64,000 nucleotides of DNA from Octopus sinensis. Its lineage: Eukaryota. Position numbers and translations under genes: made by a program. How positions within the stretch are numbered: position 1 is the first letter of the stretch; every line of letters begins with the position of its first letter. This document shows positions 1 through 10,511 of this stretch, in pieces. The stretch is taken from contig NC_042998.1 of assembly GCF_006345805.1 (NCBI RefSeq), forward strand, positions 144,398,001 to 144,462,000. Reading direction: 5' to 3'. The notes beneath the pieces are model-generated. The model saw only the letters and a program-made list of their open reading frames with translations, was not told where the DNA came from and did not search any database.

Positions 1-218
1 GGCCACGAGCGGACGGTGCTTTTACGTGTCACCGGCACGGGGGCCAGCCGAGGCTGGCAACGGACACGAACGGATGGTGCTTTTACGTGCCACCGACACG
101 GGGCCAGACAGAGCTGGCAAACGGCCACGAACGGACGGTGCTTTTACGTGTCACCGGCACGGGGCCAGGCGAGGCTGGCAACGAACACGAACGGATGGTG
201 CTTTTACATGCCACCGAC
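1..218 (-). repeat. About 3.7 tandem 59-60 bp units from the RTE LINE 3' UTR
   Basis: Unit GGTGCTTTTACGTG(T/C)CACCG(G/A)CACGGGGCCAG..GCTGGCAA.CGG.CACGA repeats and also occurs in the RTE 3' UTR at 10670-10810. Confidence 0.8.
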
Positions 219-224
219 ATATAT

Positions 225-460
225 ATATATATATGCGTGTGTGTGTTTGTGTGTCTGTGTTTGTCCCCCTAGCATTGCTTGACAACCGATGCTGGTGTGT
301 TTATGTCCCCGTTACTTAGCGGTTCGGCAAAAGAGACCGATAGAATAAGTACTGGGCTTACAAAAGAATAAGTCCCGGGGTCGAGTTGCTCGATTAAAGG
401 CGGTGCTCCAGCATGGCCGCAGTCAAATGACAAACAAATAAAAGAGTAAAGAGTAAAAGA
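225..460 (+). mobile_element. SINE family A, 3' half
   Basis: Matches the 3' half of the full copy at 12570-13020 and ends in an AAAGAGTA repeat tail. Confidence 0.85.
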
Positions 461-1982
461 GTGCTTATTAAATGGCGCTAAATAAATGAATTCTACATTG
501 AATAATGAAACAGGCATGTCCAAAATTATGGACACAAGCTAAGTAGTTTACACACAAGAAATTGGCTTTGCATCCAAGTACATTCCAGGTACCGTCGATT
601 CTATTACCCCAAGTTGACTAATATTAGTAGAAACTGACGGAAATTATGCGAATTATATATAAATGTGGGAGTCTGTCTTTTGTTGACGGATATTCATCGA
701 CGAAGAAATTTGAAGAGTTGGAGTGTCTTGAACGAAGTTCCAAGCGATATTTCTTCTGTAGTGATTTATTCCGTTGTCATCAGAACAGATAACACTATTG
801 TTCACCGTATACGATATAATTTTTTAAATTAGTATAACTGAGTGTAATAAGGAGAGATGAGAAAACGGTTATATTGAAAAACAAATGACAAAATTTGAAT
901 ACCTTCAGAATGATCGACATAAAATGGAAAAGAAAATAGAGTTCTGGAATAACTTATCATTACTTCATGGAGAAGGAAAAGGGTTCATTCAGAATGATGG
1001 GAAAAGGCAAAAATGCCTCAAAAATACCAAAATTTGGGGTAAGAAAACCTGCATCGTAATCCCTACTTTAAAAGAGTAGATACAATTTATTTTCAAAATA
1101 TTCAAATCAGAATCTCCACGAGTAAGTTAAATAATTTTTATGAACAAATAGAATTGGTTAAATTGATTGTAATAGTAAAACTTCCAAAGTTTTTCGAAAA
1201 CTTATGTTTTAAATTCTAAATGTATTAAACATGGTAGATTTTCCCAAAGATAGAATGAGATAAGAAACGACCTGTTAAAACTTTTGTTTTCGTTTAGATA
1301 GAAAAGTAATAAATATCAGGCCAAACAAGTTTATAAAATATTTGGGGAAAACAGGAGAAAAAAATTCCCAGAAAACTAAAGAATAAATCAGCCCTAATAA
1401 TTTAGAAAAGTAACTCGAAGTCATCCTACGTTAAACATCTCTGATTCCCGTTCTTCCTACCCTATTCTAGTCTGCAATAATTGATGGATTCACAGGACAA
1501 GATTATTTTTATAAATCTCATTTTTTAAAGAGGAAGAAAATAAATAAATAAACTGCAAAAGATTCCATGAAAGTAGGAAAAATTAAAAACAAGAAAACAT
1601 TTCCCCATTTTACTTGCATCGTGAATTCCAGATACTAAATGTATTCGGGGTATTTGTGTTAATTTCCTTAGTAAAAGGGCAAGTTAAGATGAACAAGAGA
1701 CAAACGAAGCAGTCTCTTGGAATGGGAAATGAGGTGACATACAGAAAGAAATAGACTAGCCGCAGAATGGAAGGGAAAACGTGGTCAGTGTTGACCACAA
1801 AGACGATGTCTGAATGAATGGCTTATTTCAACTGAAAAGGGGATATCAAAATTGATCATATTTCTGAGGAGCTGTATACAGAAAATGCAGAGCGTGAAAG
1901 ACAACATGAATTCAGAGAATGAACAAAAACACTATAAGCCAATCGAAGACGCCTTAAAGAATTTTTATACAAACAGACACAC

Positions 1983-2038
<56 letters not shown>

Positions 2039-2412
2039 GGCGTATTTAAAATATTTTACCGCTTTAATTTTAAATATTCTTTTTCATTTAAAAAAATAAA
2101 TAGTCACTCTAAGATTTATTTAATTAAATCAGAGGGTTTTTTTTCGATAAGCCATCGTTAATTTTAGGTTTATTTTTCAGTTAAAAACGTGACTTAACGG
2201 TTTACGTTAATAGAAATATCACATTTTGTAAATAATCTTCCTGCACACTACAGAACTAAACTGAAAGTCGATATGCCTCTAAAGACGAATTGCATTGTTT
2301 GTGCGGTTTCTTAGTGTCTAAGATAACACTATATTTAGTTCCAAAAATTAGATTTGACATCAGACAAGACAGTGTTATGAACATTTCAAAACCAGATGTA
2401 GTTCCGTGTTAC

Positions 2413-2589
2413 CTCAGCCGTTTGAGAATTCTGGTTGTTCTTCTTTTTCTTCAGTTTCTTTTTTTGTTGCTGCTGTTGCTGAGAGGATTTCTCGTTGGAT
2501 TTCATCGGCTTTTTCTCTTCATCACTGTCGTCATCGACTCTGAGTGCTGCAAACCTCGACTGGTAAACTTTAATGCTGGCAACTGCCAT
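2413..2589 (-). CDS. GKAP1: First coding exon of a G kinase-anchoring protein 1-like gene (59 aa)
   Basis: MAVASIKVYQSRFAALRVDDDSDEE...KKKLKKKKNNQNSQTAE resembles the GKAP1 N-terminus as recalled (SRFALLQVD...KKKEQQQSEANE). Phase-0 donor GAG|GTAAC at 2412. No downstream exon found in the window. Confidence 0.65.
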
Positions 2590-3000
2590 TTTGCTAACAT
2601 GTGTTCACTAAAGACACCAAGGGAGATAACTTCAAGACCATTTTTCTTATTGTTATTGTTATTCTTGCTGAAGGATTTTGCGGCTGTTTATTGGTTGTTA
2701 TATTTACAAGCGTAATATTTTTAATTTTAATTTTTCAATTCTTGAAAGAAAAAATATAAAAAGCATATTTTAGAACAAATATTGAATAAAATGACATGAT
2801 GCAAAATAATATTCGATAAGAAATATTTAAATTATATTTTCTAAGTGAAGCGGGAAGGAAAGTCAAAATACTTAACCATGCCGCAGAAAATATAGTGTAA
2901 TATTCTATTTCCGGTTTGACTATTTAATCGCGCATCGTTTTATGTTAGTTGTGACTTATTTAGTATCATGACCAACTTATTTAAACATAATTTCAAATAA
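2590..3000 (-). promoter_or_regulatory. Probable GKAP1-like promoter / 5' UTR region
   Basis: CpG-retaining DNA upstream of the ATG, with an ETS-like CCGGAAAT on the minus strand at 2907-2914. Confidence 0.4.
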
Positions 3001-3319
3001 AGTTCAGATTAAAATATATACGTTATTTGTAAAATTATTCCCAGTGTCAAGTATTTTTCATTTGAATAAGTTTTATTATTGGAGCTAAAAATTTGATGTT
3101 ATTGTTTATAAATCACCCCTTCTCCACTAAGTCTTTGCCTTCTATTATAATAGCATTCATATCTAGAATGATTCGAATAAAAAGTGACTTCATATAGGGC
3201 TGGCACTTAATATGATCATCGATCCCTGAAAGATGAAAGGCAGTTTTAGGAGATTTGATCTCGGAGCGTTAAGAGTCATAACTATATCGTAGTGCATAAT
3301 GATTATCATTATCAACCCC

Positions 3320-3476
3320 TACACATTACTGTCTAGAGTTCTAGGGCTCATAGGGCCTGTTACCCGGTTTCCATGACATATAAATGATTGAGAAGACACC
3401 TCTCGGTCCGAGAATCGAAACTACGATCTTGCGAGCATGAGGGCAACCCCTGTAACCGCTAGGCCGCTATAACTAC
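3320..3476 (-). mobile_element. tRNA-derived SINE fragment
   Basis: Minus strand has A box TAGCGGCCTAGCGG and B box GTTTCGATTCTC. Confidence 0.6.
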
Positions 3477-5047
3477 AAAACACTTAGAATTTGTCATTTT
3501 CCAGGTGGAAAAATCCTTTTAATCTATACCTACATACTTGATATAAAACCGCATCTCAACAATTGGTTTTTCTCAGAACGACCAAATGATAACCCACCTC
3601 CCCAACAATTACACTTTACAAAAATCAAGTGAAACCCACAAAGGACTGTTGCTCTTGCATCTAGGACAGTGCTGCTGCTCACACACACAACCAACCTCAC
3701 ATTCAGAAAAGGGCCATTCAAATAATTAGCATAAAGTCACAGATACCTTTCTGTTTCCTCTCCCTGTCTTTCTTTTCTACTCCTCAGAGTTAGCTGGGTA
3801 CATATCATCCTCACTCAGGATATTCTTGGTTCACAGATCTCTCTTCTCTTTATCTCATCTAGCATCCAACCCCAAGCTTTTCAATAATTACTACACCCAA
3901 GTCTTTGTTCCTGTTACATTTATAGCAGATTAGTAACTGAATCAACAAACTGCCAAGTTAAAATCATAGTTTACTAACAGGTTTTTCATATGATCAGTTG
4001 AGTTAAAGACCAGTCAGAATCAAGACATTGCTTGATATGTTTTTCTAGAAGCTACTAGAACATCCCTTTACAGAGCTGATAAATAGGCACATTGTTAGCA
4101 CCAGCTTGGCAAAGTATCGAAGACAACCAAGCAGAATGCATCTCCAGTTTTGCCAGGCTTATTGCACAGAGACTGTCCAATTCATTTTCACATATCTCCC
4201 CTCTTGCTTCAGTTTGTGGGTGATTGCAGCTAAGCTAACCACATTCTCATTTTGTTGCTTTTAACAGTTGTTCTAATGACTTCTTACTCAACCTAGTAGT
4301 CAACAACTACAGATTTGCAGCCATGAACCCAGCATGGTACATTTTCTCCTGTCATGATAGCTTATTTACAGAGCCAACTTGACCAACTATTTTATAAATA
4401 CAGAATTGTACTTTCCAGTGTGCAATCCTTATTACATTTCTAGTTCATGACCAACATGGAAAATATTTGTGTAGTGAATAAAATTCTATTAATTGTTCAT
4501 AAATGTTGTACATTTATTATATGTAGCTTGAACCCAACTCAACTACCAGCATCTCATATCTTTCATTCTATACCCATCATGATATCGGTAACCACACCTC
4601 AAGACACATTCTCTCTTCCGAAATTCCATTCCCGCTCATGTTTTCTCTATAGATGTTGACTTATAATGGTTCAAGAGAAACATCTATGGATTGCAGGTAG
4701 ACCCCAGCTGAAATTTGAACTATAGCTCTCAGATTTATCCAGGCTAGAATCACAAACTGGCCTAATTACCATCAAAGGAAAACTGTCACCATAAAAGGTA
4801 TTAACACTTGTACAAATATGGCTCAACCAGTTGGCACTGGCAGACGTATTTTGGCTGAGATGCCAATCTTCAAGAGAAGTTTGGCCAGAGATTCTAGAAA
4901 GATGGTTAACATCCTTAAAAAGACTGATAACCAGAAAGTCACGAAGCTGCCTAAGGGAATCTATGTTGCTTGTCTCATGGAGTGGTTCTCCCTCCCTCTC
5001 TTTCACTTTTAAGTAATATGCTTATACTGTAGTTGACAAAATCACTA

Positions 5048-5270
5048 GTGTGGTGAACTGGCAGAATTGTTACTGCATCAGACTAACTGCTTAGTGGCAT
5101 GTCATCTTGCTCTTTATATTCTGAGTTTAAATTCTGCTAAGGTTGACTTTGCCTTTTATTCTTTTGGGGTCAGTTTTATAAGTACCCATAGAACACTGGG
5201 ATCAATGTAATCAACTAACCCTCTCTCCACAAAATTGCTGGCCTTGTGCCAAAATTAGAAAGAAATTATA
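5048..5270 (+). mobile_element. SINE family B (Deu/Nin-like central domain), old copy
   Basis: Colinear with the young copies at 6968-7200 and 32408-32618. Confidence 0.75.
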
Positions 5271-6619
5271 TGCAGTGACTAATTTCCTTGCACTACTTTC
5301 ATATTGTCAAGCAAGATTTCTAACAGTTATGTTCATTGAACATTAATCCTTTCATTTATTGAATGTACAGTTGTAAATATACTAATGTAGGCTGAAGAAA
5401 ATAGTTGGAAACTCAAACTTTAGTAATATCCTTATCTACTCAAGGCAGCCTTCCTAATTTGTAAACAAGAACGTATAACTGACTACTACCCTTAAGCATC
5501 AACATCACCAGCGTAGGATGACTTGTGAAGGCCATGAACACTGCTGCTTCCTCCATACCCAGCCAGTCAAAATGAACATATAACTTTTCCCGTCACCACC
5601 AAACATATGTAGTGATCATCATGCTAATAATACCTTTCATCAGACATAGCTGCTAAATTACTCCAACTTTACATCAACCCTTAGAAACTAGTCCCTGAAA
5701 CAACTAATTTGAATACTGCCAATCAAATCAATTATCTCCCTTAGCAGTAACGCTTGAGATCAAATTCAATTAAATTTTCACTACATCCTGTAAAAATGCT
5801 ATACAGAGGTAAACAAAAATACTAGGAGTTACATATGTCACCTCTGCAACCCATGAAGTTAAAAGAAAAAGAAGATTTAACTCTATCTGAAAACTACAGG
5901 CTCATTATATCAGAACTTATTCTGGTTTCCATGGTATCTAAGTAATTCTGAATATAAATTCTTTCCTGAACAGGATGCTACTCCATCAGAGATTTAACTC
6001 CAATGCTGCTTATTTATGTTGGAATGACATAGAGCAACATAAAATGAAATGATTTGGTTAAGAACTCACTACATTGCCGGGTTAAGATGTTCCACTGCCT
6101 GGCACTGTGGGTAAGTATCTTCTATCATAGCAGCAGGTTGACTAAAGCCTTATGTGTAAACAAAAATTGAAAGAAGTCAATTGTGTATATGTGTGTGTGT
6201 AATATATATATGGAATAGAAATAATTTATTTCTAAATCTCTCAAAAAGAAATATATAGCAACAGCACCATGAAGTAATGATTTTTGCTAACATAATGTGG
6301 CAGTCCCAGAATGGTATGAATGTGACTGTTATTTAGCCCCGGGAAACATCAGCTGGCTATATGACACAAAAAGTTCTGTGTCCTTACATTTTCAAACACC
6401 GAAGATCAGTATCTCCACCCAGCACAACTTTGCATCCATTAACCAGTTTCTGGGTTATTTCCCTTTATCAGCATGGAGTAGCTTGGTTGGCTAGATGTTG
6501 CTACTGAACTGCTGTTGAACATATATAGATTTCAAAGTGACAGACAGTCACTGAGCTACAAAATAGAAATATTATTATTTCTAAATCTCTCAAAGAAAAA
6601 TATACAGTAACAGCACCAT

Positions 6620-6781
6620 AAAGTAATGACGTTTTGCCAATAGAATGTGGCAGTCACAGGATGGGAGGAATGTTAGTTATTAAGCCTCAAGAAACATCAT
6701 TTCCTGCTGGCTATATGACACAAAAACAAAAAGTTCTATGTCCTGGGACTGCCACATTATGTTGGTAAAAAGTCATTACTT

Positions 6782-6782
<1 letters not shown>
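6620..6782. mobile_element. Small TIR element (MITE) within a duplicated block
   Basis: About 38 bp imperfect inverted repeats AAAGTAATGAC...GTGGCAGTCACA / TGGGACTGCCAC...GTCATTACTTT, flanked by TA. Confidence 0.6.
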
Positions 6783-6813
<31 letters not shown>

Positions 6814-6870
6814 ATATATATATATACATATATGTGTGTGTGTATGTATATATATATATATATATACACA

Positions 6871-6901
<31 letters not shown>

Positions 6902-6902
6902 G

Positions 6903-6962
<60 letters not shown>
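6783..6962. repeat. (TA)n compound microsatellite (one of many in the window)
   Basis: Seen directly; similar tracts near 1990, 7205, 10458, 12340, 28820, 33716, 37515, 37975 and 60536. Confidence 0.95.
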
Positions 6963-6963
<1 letters not shown>

Positions 6964-6967
6964 AAAT

Positions 6968-7200
6968 ATGTTTCTTTATTGCCCACAAGGGGCTAAACAT
7001 AGAGGGGACAAACAAGGACAGACAAACGGATTAAGTCGATTACATCGACCCCAGTGCGTAACTGGTACTTAATTTATCGACCCCGAAAGGATGAAAGGCA
7101 AAGTCGAACTCGGCGGAATTTGCACTCAGAACGCAACGACAGACGCAATACCGCTAAGCATTTCGCCCGGTGTGCTAACGTTTCTGCCAGCTCGCCGCCT
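6968..7200 (-). mobile_element. SINE family B, young CpG-rich copy
   Basis: Head GGCGGCGAGCTGGCAGAAACGTTAGC, core GACTTTGCCTTTCATCCTTTCGGGGTCGATAAA, tail GGGCAATAAAGAAA. Confidence 0.9.
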
Positions 7201-7206
7201 TTATAC

Positions 7207-7259
<53 letters not shown>

Positions 7260-7480
7260 ATATTATATATATATATATATATATAAACACGAATAGTATT
7301 AACATTGACTTTGAAGTTTTAACCAGCAAAGCCATCATCAGACCTGTCATATATAACATATAAATAAAAACAAACAATATGTATGTGTGTATGAATGTAT
7401 GTATGCGTGTGTGTATGTTTTTATGTATGTATGTATATATATATATAATCAAAATAAGCAACAAGAATAACTTCGGTAAT

Positions 7481-7566
7481 TTGGTACAATCGTTTCACTC
7501 TACATCATTTTATTAAATATTGTAAGTATTACAACAGTTTTAAAATATTGAGCAATCATCAGCCAT
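7481..7566 (-). ncRNA. Minimal type I hammerhead ribozyme motif (HHR1), degenerate
   Basis: Minus strand UGG-CUGAUGA-UU-GCUC...GAGU-GAAAC-GAUU-GUA-CCA: complete core, stem II, 2-bp stem III with near-palindromic ACGAUUGU, GUA cleavage triplet, short stem I. Confidence 0.7.
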
Positions 7567-8633
7567 TTATAGAGGTTTTCCATTAATACATAATTTTCAT
7601 ATCAATTGATAACATTATAGAGATGGTTGATATATAGACAAAAATGTCGATTTAAATTTTAAGAACATTATGGTAGTAGAATTTATCTTCTGACGGAAGA
7701 ATATTCATTAAGTTATTTTGAACTGCTAGAAGGTTGGGCAGTATAATCAGTTGAAAGGAGACAAAAAAGATTTTCTATTTATAGAAATAGGGGTGAAATA
7801 AATGTCAAAAGTTCTTCATAAAGAAATTAAGGTAGAGAGGGGATTGTAATGCCCTAGAAGCTGTTTACTATTATTTGGCAAACAGATTTTGTATTAAGAA
7901 AACTAGGTCAATGTCAAATGGTCACAGTGACCACCTATATATCAAAAAGTTATAGAAAATACAGAGATCCCTTTATACTTATATACATCAGCTTTATACT
8001 TAGCTGGTAGGTGTTGAATATTTTGATACGTTGGATTGAAGGAGAAATTATAAATCTAATATTTATTCATTTTGGAGAAAAATCTATAATTTATTATGAG
8101 TAGGCATAGTACTCAATAACTGAGGACAAAAGTCTTATTAATAAAGTGAATATATTAGGGGTCAAATATATATATTAGAAAAACTGAAAGAGGAGTAAGC
8201 AAGATGAATAATTTTCTAAGGATTAATAGAAGGTGATTTATTTTTATGAAGAGAAGTAATTAAGAAGAGTAAATTACTCAGATTTAGTTGATAGTGAATT
8301 GTTATTAATGAATTAAATTATAGAATCTGTTAGACATAATATTTACTACCTGCGGAGAAAAGCTAATTAGTTAGGTAAAAATATCCTGGGTTAATGATAT
8401 ATTAAGAAATGGAAGTGAGGTAATCAAGGTGAACTGAGTTGTTTCTTTAGGGACATAGAATATATACTATTTAATATAGGAGATTATAAAAAAAAAGAGA
8501 ATTTAATTCTAAATATGCAATGAAGTTTTTTAGTAATCTATGCATGTTGAATTAAAAGCTAGTATGGTATATTCATTCTTATTTTGTTATAAAGAATTAG
8601 AGTTTTAAAAATCTAGGAATGGTCGCAATATTA

Positions 8634-9330
8634 TTATTTAAAATATTTAAACGCACGGGTTGTGCGATGTATGCAAGATACTCCTAGTTCAGAACGGTTA
8701 TTTAACAGATTTGTATTATTCCTATGTTTTAAAATTTCCTATGTTTCCATAGAACCAAGTTCACAACCATCACTACTATTTTTATAGGGCCGTGCTTTTC
8801 TTACTATTTCCCATTTCAGGTTAAATTCTATATTATTCCTTTTCAGTTCCCAAATTTTACTAGACAATGTTGTGAAACCTGCCTTGTGTTTAAGCCTAAA
8901 GGAGATAAAATGATTGTTTAAATGTTTTTTAAAATCTACCAAACAACCGAAATAAAGATAGTTGTTATTTGAAGTCACTATTGTACATTTATAAATTACA
9001 TTTTGGACCAAACAGCGGCCATAGACCGGACATTTTGATCTAATCCTACAATTACAACTGGGGGGATAATTCCTAGTACTAGTATTATTTATGGACAATT
9101 CGTTTTCATTTCCGTTACTCGAGTTGTTATTAGTATTAGTGTTATTTCCTCTAATAGTAGTTATATTGTTATGTAAACTGGGGTTACTAGTTATTAATCT
9201 ATTCTCACTATCCTCACCTACTACATTTTTATCTATACTACCTATATTATTGATGTTGTTATTATCACTATTTATATTAATGTTGTTATTATTATTATTA
9301 TTATCATTATTATTATTATAATCATTATTA

Positions 9331-9382
<52 letters not shown>

Positions 9383-9680
9383 CATTATTATTATTGCTAT
9401 TTTTATTATTATTATTATTGTTGTTACTATTTATTCTATCTCTAGCTAACTTTATATTTTTACTATTAAGTCTAGCTATTATGGTAGCCATATTTGGAAG
9501 AGTAGAATATGATATTCTTACTGATTTCTTAGAAATTATTTTATAATATTTATAGGAAGCTAGGAAGTTTTTTTCCAGTATAGACATAAATCTACTGTAT
9601 ATATTCGTAGAGATCGCTTAGTTGAAGGGGATATTTAACCAAATAACATTTTTTCATTTGTATTTTTTATTTGAGTAAGA
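8634..9680 (-). pseudogene. PLE1 linker plus GIY-YIG endonuclease (disrupted)
   Basis: NVIWLNIPFN...ISYSTLPNM...CNCRIRSKCPVYGRCLVQNVIYKC...YFG...HFISF...LSSKIWELK...WEIV; continues past a premature stop at 8739 as EILKHRNNTNLLNNRSELGVSCIH. Confidence 0.85.
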
Positions 9681-9909
9681 GTGGGAAAGATTAATGTTAT
9701 CTTATGAGATTCATTATTCATTTTAGATCACACAGTTGAAGGGGATATTTAACCAAATAACATTTTTTCTTTTGTATTTTTTATTTGAGTAAGAGTGGGA
9801 AAGATTAATGTTATCTTATGAGATTCATTATTCATTTATGTTTATTAGGTTTTTTCTTTATGGGAGAGATTTTTATATTATTATTTACATTTATTTTATC
9901 TATAAATCT

Positions 9910-10455
9910 TTAAATCCTTAAAAATGTTTTAGCCTGAAGGCCGCGCTGTTTACTATTTTCGTTCATATTATTGAGTTTATATACTAGGTTCTTTTCTTCT
10001 ATTGATTTATGTTTATTTAGAGTATGAGATTCTATATTACTTGAGCTATTTACATTCACTTCATCTTTTAAGAGATTTATGTTATCAAGATCTAGGAAGG
10101 TGATTTCCTGGTTGTATCCAGCCCTGGATAATGCAACATTATAATGATTCGAGTAAGAGTCAAAAATTTCAATATTCGATGATAATTTTGAAATTCTCTG
10201 AGAAATATTTTTCACTATTGATTTTAGTATATTAGGGGGGTGATTAGATAATTTATTTACGTATCTGGTAACTTCACCCTTCTTTCTAAATGGGTGATAT
10301 AACTTTGAATTTAAGTCCAAGGTAATGTCTAGAAAATTCATTATCTTGGTATTATATTCATATGTAATACCTAGGTTGAAATCTTTGAAAAATTTACTAA
10401 TTTTCTTTCTTATTCTCTCAATTTTTGATTTATTGTTATTAGGTACAATAAACAC

Positions 10456-10457
<2 letters not shown>
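9910..10457 (-). pseudogene. PLE1 reverse transcriptase C-terminal part
   Basis: NFLDITLDL...YHPFRK...YVNKLSNHPPNI...ISKLSSN...ALSRAGY are typical PLE RT thumb motifs. Confidence 0.85.
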
Positions 10458-10500
<43 letters not shown>

Positions 10501-10511
10501 TACACATATTT

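Larger units (their letters stand above)
7446..10457 (-). mobile_element. 5'-truncated Penelope-like retroelement (PLE1)
   Basis: RT C-terminus, linker, C-terminal GIY-YIG, long 3' UTR and terminal hammerhead motif; both ends abut (TA)n. Confidence 0.9.

Noticed and set aside
1-218. CRISPR-like array
   Set aside because: Eukaryotic context; contiguous units with no unique spacers; part of an RTE UTR.
1610-2040. Second GKAP1-like exon
   Set aside because: No minus-strand frame with the expected LRNLAF-like continuation and splice sites between 500 and 2400.
2290-2715. 141 aa Leu/Phe-rich plus-strand ORF
   Set aside because: Antisense shadow of the Lys/Gln-rich GKAP1-like exon.
6711-7464. 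ORFs rich in YIYI/CVCV (also near 28718, 33635, 37413 and 37962)
   Set aside because: Translations of (TA)n and (TG)n microsatellites.
9091-9321. Poly-Leu ORF resembling a membrane protein
   Set aside because: Antisense of the PLE1 poly-Asn tract.
8739-9587. Host nuclease gene or horizontally acquired endonuclease
   Set aside because: Colinear with PLE RT and hammerhead, and carries stops; it is retroelement ORF debris.
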